Positions 47,680 to 50,492 of a stretch of DNA of 50,492 bases are shown in pieces (within the stretch, counting starts at the first letter, position 1; each line of letters begins with the position of its first letter). Made by a program: the position numbers and the translations under genes. A model generated the notes under the pieces. That model did no database searches. It was not told the origin of the DNA and saw only the letters and a list, made by a program, of their open reading frames with translations. The stretch comes from Candidatus Bathyarchaeia archaeon (GTDB lineage: Archaea > Thermoproteota > Bathyarchaeia > Bathyarchaeales > Bathycorpusculaceae). The stretch covers positions 1 through 50,492 of the forward strand of contig JAVZLS010000010.1 of assembly GCA_038883715.1 (NCBI GenBank). The letters run 5' to 3'.

Positions 47680-47916
47680 ACGTTATCCCAGAATATAGAG
47701 AATACAATGTAATACATAAGGCTTATGCGTAAACCACCCAAAATTGAGAAAGACACAATGAAACCCTAAGATTTGATGGTTTGCTTCCAAAGAACTCATT
47801 TGCGGTATTATCAAGAATATAATTTTAGTTTTCAAATGTTTCATAAAATTGAAATAATATATAAGCACCTCAATCAAATGAAATTCTATTAAAAAGTGAG
47901 TGAAGGAATATCGGCT

Positions 47917-48138
47917 TTAGGCTGGGCTTTCTAATATTAGCTTTAGTTTTTCAGCTATGTCTTTTGATATTGGGAGTATGGCGTTTTGGGATGCCTTCCA
48001 TATTTCTATGCCAACAAGGTTTCCGTCCTTGTCAAGGTCTATGTAAGCATCTTCGCTTAACATTCTCGTATCTACTATTTTGGCTTCTTTGAATTTTATG
48101 TAGAGTATATCCGACTCTCTATCGTATTCAACTTTCAC
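47917..48138 (-). CDS. DUF2283-family antitoxin
   Basis: YDRESDILYI...DLDKDGNLVGIEI. Confidence 0.88.
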   Translation of the reverse strand: MKVEYDRESDILYIKFKEAKIVDTRMLSEDAYIDLDKDGNLVGIEIWKASQNAILPISKDIAEKLKLILESPA

Positions 48139-48404
48139 CTAACTTTCACCCATGTTTTGCCCAGTTTTCTACCAATTATGCTTTGAGCATCTGATGTTAT
48201 AAATGTTGTTACAACTTTGATCTCACTGTCTTCTTTAGAGTACGCCACCAATAGATGCTTCTTATTCAGTTTCTTAAAGACTATTGTTGTTCCAGTGCTT
48301 AGATCATAATAGGTTTGGGAAGGTTGCAATATCGCCTCCAAAATCATCGTTTCCGTTATACCCCTTTCAGCAACCCTCGACTTTGCATGTTTTGTAAATT
48401 TCAT
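48135..48404 (-). CDS. DUF4258-family (RelE/BrnT-like) toxin
   Basis: FTKHAKSRVAERGI...IKVVTTF. Confidence 0.85.
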   Translation of the reverse strand: MKFTKHAKSRVAERGITETMILEAILQPSQTYYDLSTGTTIVFKKLNKKHLLVAYSKEDSEIKVVTTFITSDAQSIIGRKLGKTWVKVR

Positions 48405-48583
48405 GCAACTACAACCTTTCTATTGGTTTGAAATTCTGCCTGGTTAGTTTATTATTGTTGTGGTTGCATTTGCCTTCCCTTTTAGAGACGGCCCTTTTGT
48501 AAATGTAAATTTTGAAATCTCTTTGTCTTCTACAACCGTCAGAACTCATGCACATGCCTGCGAATTTAGGACTTGTACCCTTT

Positions 48584-48610
48584 TGGGTTTAAATCCCACC
48601 GGGCCCGCCA
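48584..48610 (+). repeat. attR-like copy of the tRNA-Arg 3' end
   Basis: TGGGTTTAAATCCCACCGGGCCCGCCA vs 46775-46801 TGGGTTCAAATCCCACCGGGCCCGCCA (26/27). Confidence 0.9.
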
Positions 48611-48694
48611 AAATAAGGGCTCCAGAAGCGATGTAAGCCGAATTGGCTTAAAATTATTATATGTGATGTTTGAAATTTTGTTTTTGTGGTTTGT

Positions 48695-49105
48695 ATGGAG
48701 AAGTTTAAGTTTCCAAGCGAGGAGTGGATTAAAGCCTACAGAGAAGAGCTTAATAAGAACGAGGCTTATGCTGAGGCTGCCAAAGACTGGGAGGGCGACT
48801 TCCTCTTCATTGTGACTCCCGACGAGGGCTTGGATAAGGAGATGGTTTTTTATGTGGATCTTTGGCATGGGAAGTGTCGGGACGCTTACATGGTGCCCAG
48901 CAGAGAGGCTAAGACTGCCGAGTTTGTTTATGAGGGGCCGTATTCCAATTGGAAGAAGTTGATAATGGGGCAGTTGGACCCAATTCAGAGTTTGCTTATG
49001 CGGAAGTTTAAGTTGAAGGGTAACATGGCCAAAATTATGCGTTATACCAAGGCGGCTTCTGAGCTTGTAAAAACTGCTAGCAAGGTTCCAACAGAGTTTA
49101 TTTAG
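48695..49105 (+). CDS. SCP2 sterol/lipid-binding domain protein
   Basis: FPSEEWI, GQLDPIQSLLMRKFKLKGNM motifs. Confidence 0.85.
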   Translation: MEKFKFPSEEWIKAYREELNKNEAYAEAAKDWEGDFLFIVTPDEGLDKEMVFYVDLWHGKCRDAYMVPSREAKTAEFVYEGPYSNWKKLIMGQLDPIQSLLMRKFKLKGNMAKIMRYTKAASELVKTASKVPTEFI

Positions 49106-49118
49106 AGGTCTAACATTC

Positions 49119-50285
49119 ATGTGGGAGTTTGCATCCCCAAAGTCCATAGTTTTTGGAGAAGGCGCGCTAGAATTTTTGAGGGAGATTGAAGGCAAAAAAG
49201 CGCTAATAGTCACGGACAAGGTGATTCGCGGATTAGGTTTCGCCGAAAAGGCCGTGGGCTACCTTAAAGAGGCAGGATTGGGCGTAGAAATTTTTGATGA
49301 TGTTGAGGCTGAGCCTTCTAAAGAGACTGTGGTTAAATGTGCAAAGTGTGCTAGCCTTTTTGAGCCCGATTGGATTGTTGGATTGGGTGGTGGAAGCTGT
49401 ATTGACGCGGCTAAGGCTTCATGGGCGCTTTATGAGAGGCCAGACATCCAAGTTGACGAGATAAGTCCGTTGCTGAAGCTTGGTTTGAGAAAGAAAGCGA
49501 GGCTTATAGCGATACCAACTACAAGCGGGACGGGTTCTGAGGCTACATGGGCGATAGTTATTACTGATGCTAGGGAGAGGAGGAAGATGGAGCTTGCCTC
49601 GAAGGAGCTGGTTGCCGAAATAGTGATTCTTGATCCTCAGCTTCCTATGACTATGCCTAAGAGGCTTGTGGCTGATACCGGTGTTGATGCGCTTGTGAAC
49701 GCGTTGGAGGCTTACCTCTCCCAGTGGCGAAACCATTTTTCAGATGCTCTGGCCATAAATGCCATACAAGCAGTTTTCAAGTATCTTCCAAGGTCTTACA
49801 GCAACAGCCAAGACAGGGAGGCGAAAGAGAATATGCATTATGCGGCCACTATGGCTGGTCTTGCCTTCAGCAACTCTCAAATATGTGTGGCTCATGCTAT
49901 GGGTCACGCTTTAGGCGCTTTATTCAAAATCCCCCACGGCAAGAGTGTGGCGGCAGTGCTAACCTTTGCGGTTGAGTATATGGCCAAGGAAGCGATGGAA
50001 AGGTTCAGCGCCCTTGCTGAAGCTGCTGGAATTAAGGCGGAAACGGACAAGGAAGCCTTTGAAAAGTTTATCCAAGCCTTAAAGCGGCTTTTAAGAGATA
50101 TTGACGAGCCAGCTTCCATAAAAGAGTTGGGAATTAGCTGGGAAAACTTCCAAAGCGAACTTGATAACCTCGTGGAAAGGGCTATTGGGTCAACTGGCAC
50201 TATAGCAAGCCCAAGAGTTCCAACAGCAGAGGATTATAGGAAGCTTTTTGTGTATGCGTTTGAAGGTAAGGCTGTAGATTTCTAA
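49119..50285 (+). CDS. Iron-containing alcohol dehydrogenase
   Basis: GLGGGSCID, IPTTSGTGSE and HAMGH...PHG motifs. Confidence 0.92.
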   Translation: MWEFASPKSIVFGEGALEFLREIEGKKALIVTDKVIRGLGFAEKAVGYLKEAGLGVEIFDDVEAEPSKETVVKCAKCASLFEPDWIVGLGGGSCIDAAKASWALYERPDIQVDEISPLLKLGLRKKARLIAIPTTSGTGSEATWAIVITDARERRKMELASKELVAEIVILDPQLPMTMPKRLVADTGVDALVNALEAYLSQWRNHFSDALAINAIQAVFKYLPRSYSNSQDREAKENMHYAATMAGLAFSNSQICVAHAMGHALGALFKIPHGKSVAAVLTFAVEYMAKEAMERFSALAEAAGIKAETDKEAFEKFIQALKRLLRDIDEPASIKELGISWENFQSELDNLVERAIGSTGTIASPRVPTAEDYRKLFVYAFEGKAVDF

Positions 50286-50346
50286 TTTAATGCCCATCAT
50301 CCCCTTTTCTATGTCTGATGTGAAAAATGGGGAGGCTTTGTAATGG

Positions 50347-50492
50347 CTAGAGTTGCACGATTTTGGCTGCTTCTTTGACTGCTTCCCTCTCCTCTTCCGG
50401 TAGTTCACAACCTTCAAGCCATATTGACGCAAGAACAGCGAAGTCTGGGGGTATAACCTCTCTATCGATTCTGACGTCTAGGACAGCTGGTT
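50347..50492 (-). CDS. C-terminus of a probable thiamine-pyrophosphate-dependent enzyme (partial)
   Basis: Minus strand reads PAVLDVRIDREVIPPDFAVLASIWLEGCELPEEEREAVKEAAKIVQL*. Confidence 0.55.
   Translation of the reverse strand, partial: PAVLDVRIDREVIPPDFAVLASIWLEGCELPEEEREAVKEAAKIVQL

Larger units (their letters stand above)
46775..48610. mobile_element. tRNA-Arg-integrated toxin-antitoxin islet (~1.8 kb)
   Basis: Flanked by a 27 bp direct repeat of the tRNA 3' end; contains two TA pairs and no integrase. Confidence 0.8.

Noticed and set aside
48566-49219. 217-aa minus-strand ORF
   Set aside because: Antisense to the SCP2 and ADH genes and spans the att repeat; no recognisable motif.
50190-50432. 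80-aa minus-strand track ORF
   Set aside because: A different minus frame ending at 50347 gives a more plausible enzyme C-terminus, and this ORF overlaps the ADH gene.
1-50492. CRISPR array, diversity-generating retroelement, IS element, rRNA
   Set aside because: No regularly spaced repeats, reverse transcriptase, transposase or rRNA-like sequence seen.

Overview
Archaeal chromosomal window, most likely Bathyarchaeia. This is an inference from the long eukaryote-like Rpo5, the multi-PAS/GAF kinase, the small DUF3227/NitrOD-like proteins, two TldD/TldE pairs and frequent TTG/GTG starts. Bases 1-17.2 kb are host genes: DUF35, HEPN-MNT, HAD, nitroreductase, TauE + ModE, rpo5, tldD/E, an nrdR-nrdD-nrdG operon with tandem NrdR boxes, and a two-component system. 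Bases ~17.3-41.4 kb hold an apparently intact tailed-virus (HK97/siphovirus-type) particle gene set: protease, cement protein, major capsid protein, portal, neck, tail tube, a tail chaperone with an intact -1 frameshift, a very short tape measure, a hub and a terminase. I see no integrase, att sites or replication genes, and cellular-type genes interrupt the cluster. It is therefore a candidate domesticated, gene-transfer-agent-like system, although a decayed provirus cannot be excluded. Bases 41.4-50.5 kb hold a frameshifted tldD with tldE, tRNA-Ile, tRNA-Arg, a 1.8 kb toxin-antitoxin islet flanked by a duplicated tRNA 3' end, SCP2 and an Fe-ADH. All family calls come from reading motifs by eye; no searches were run.
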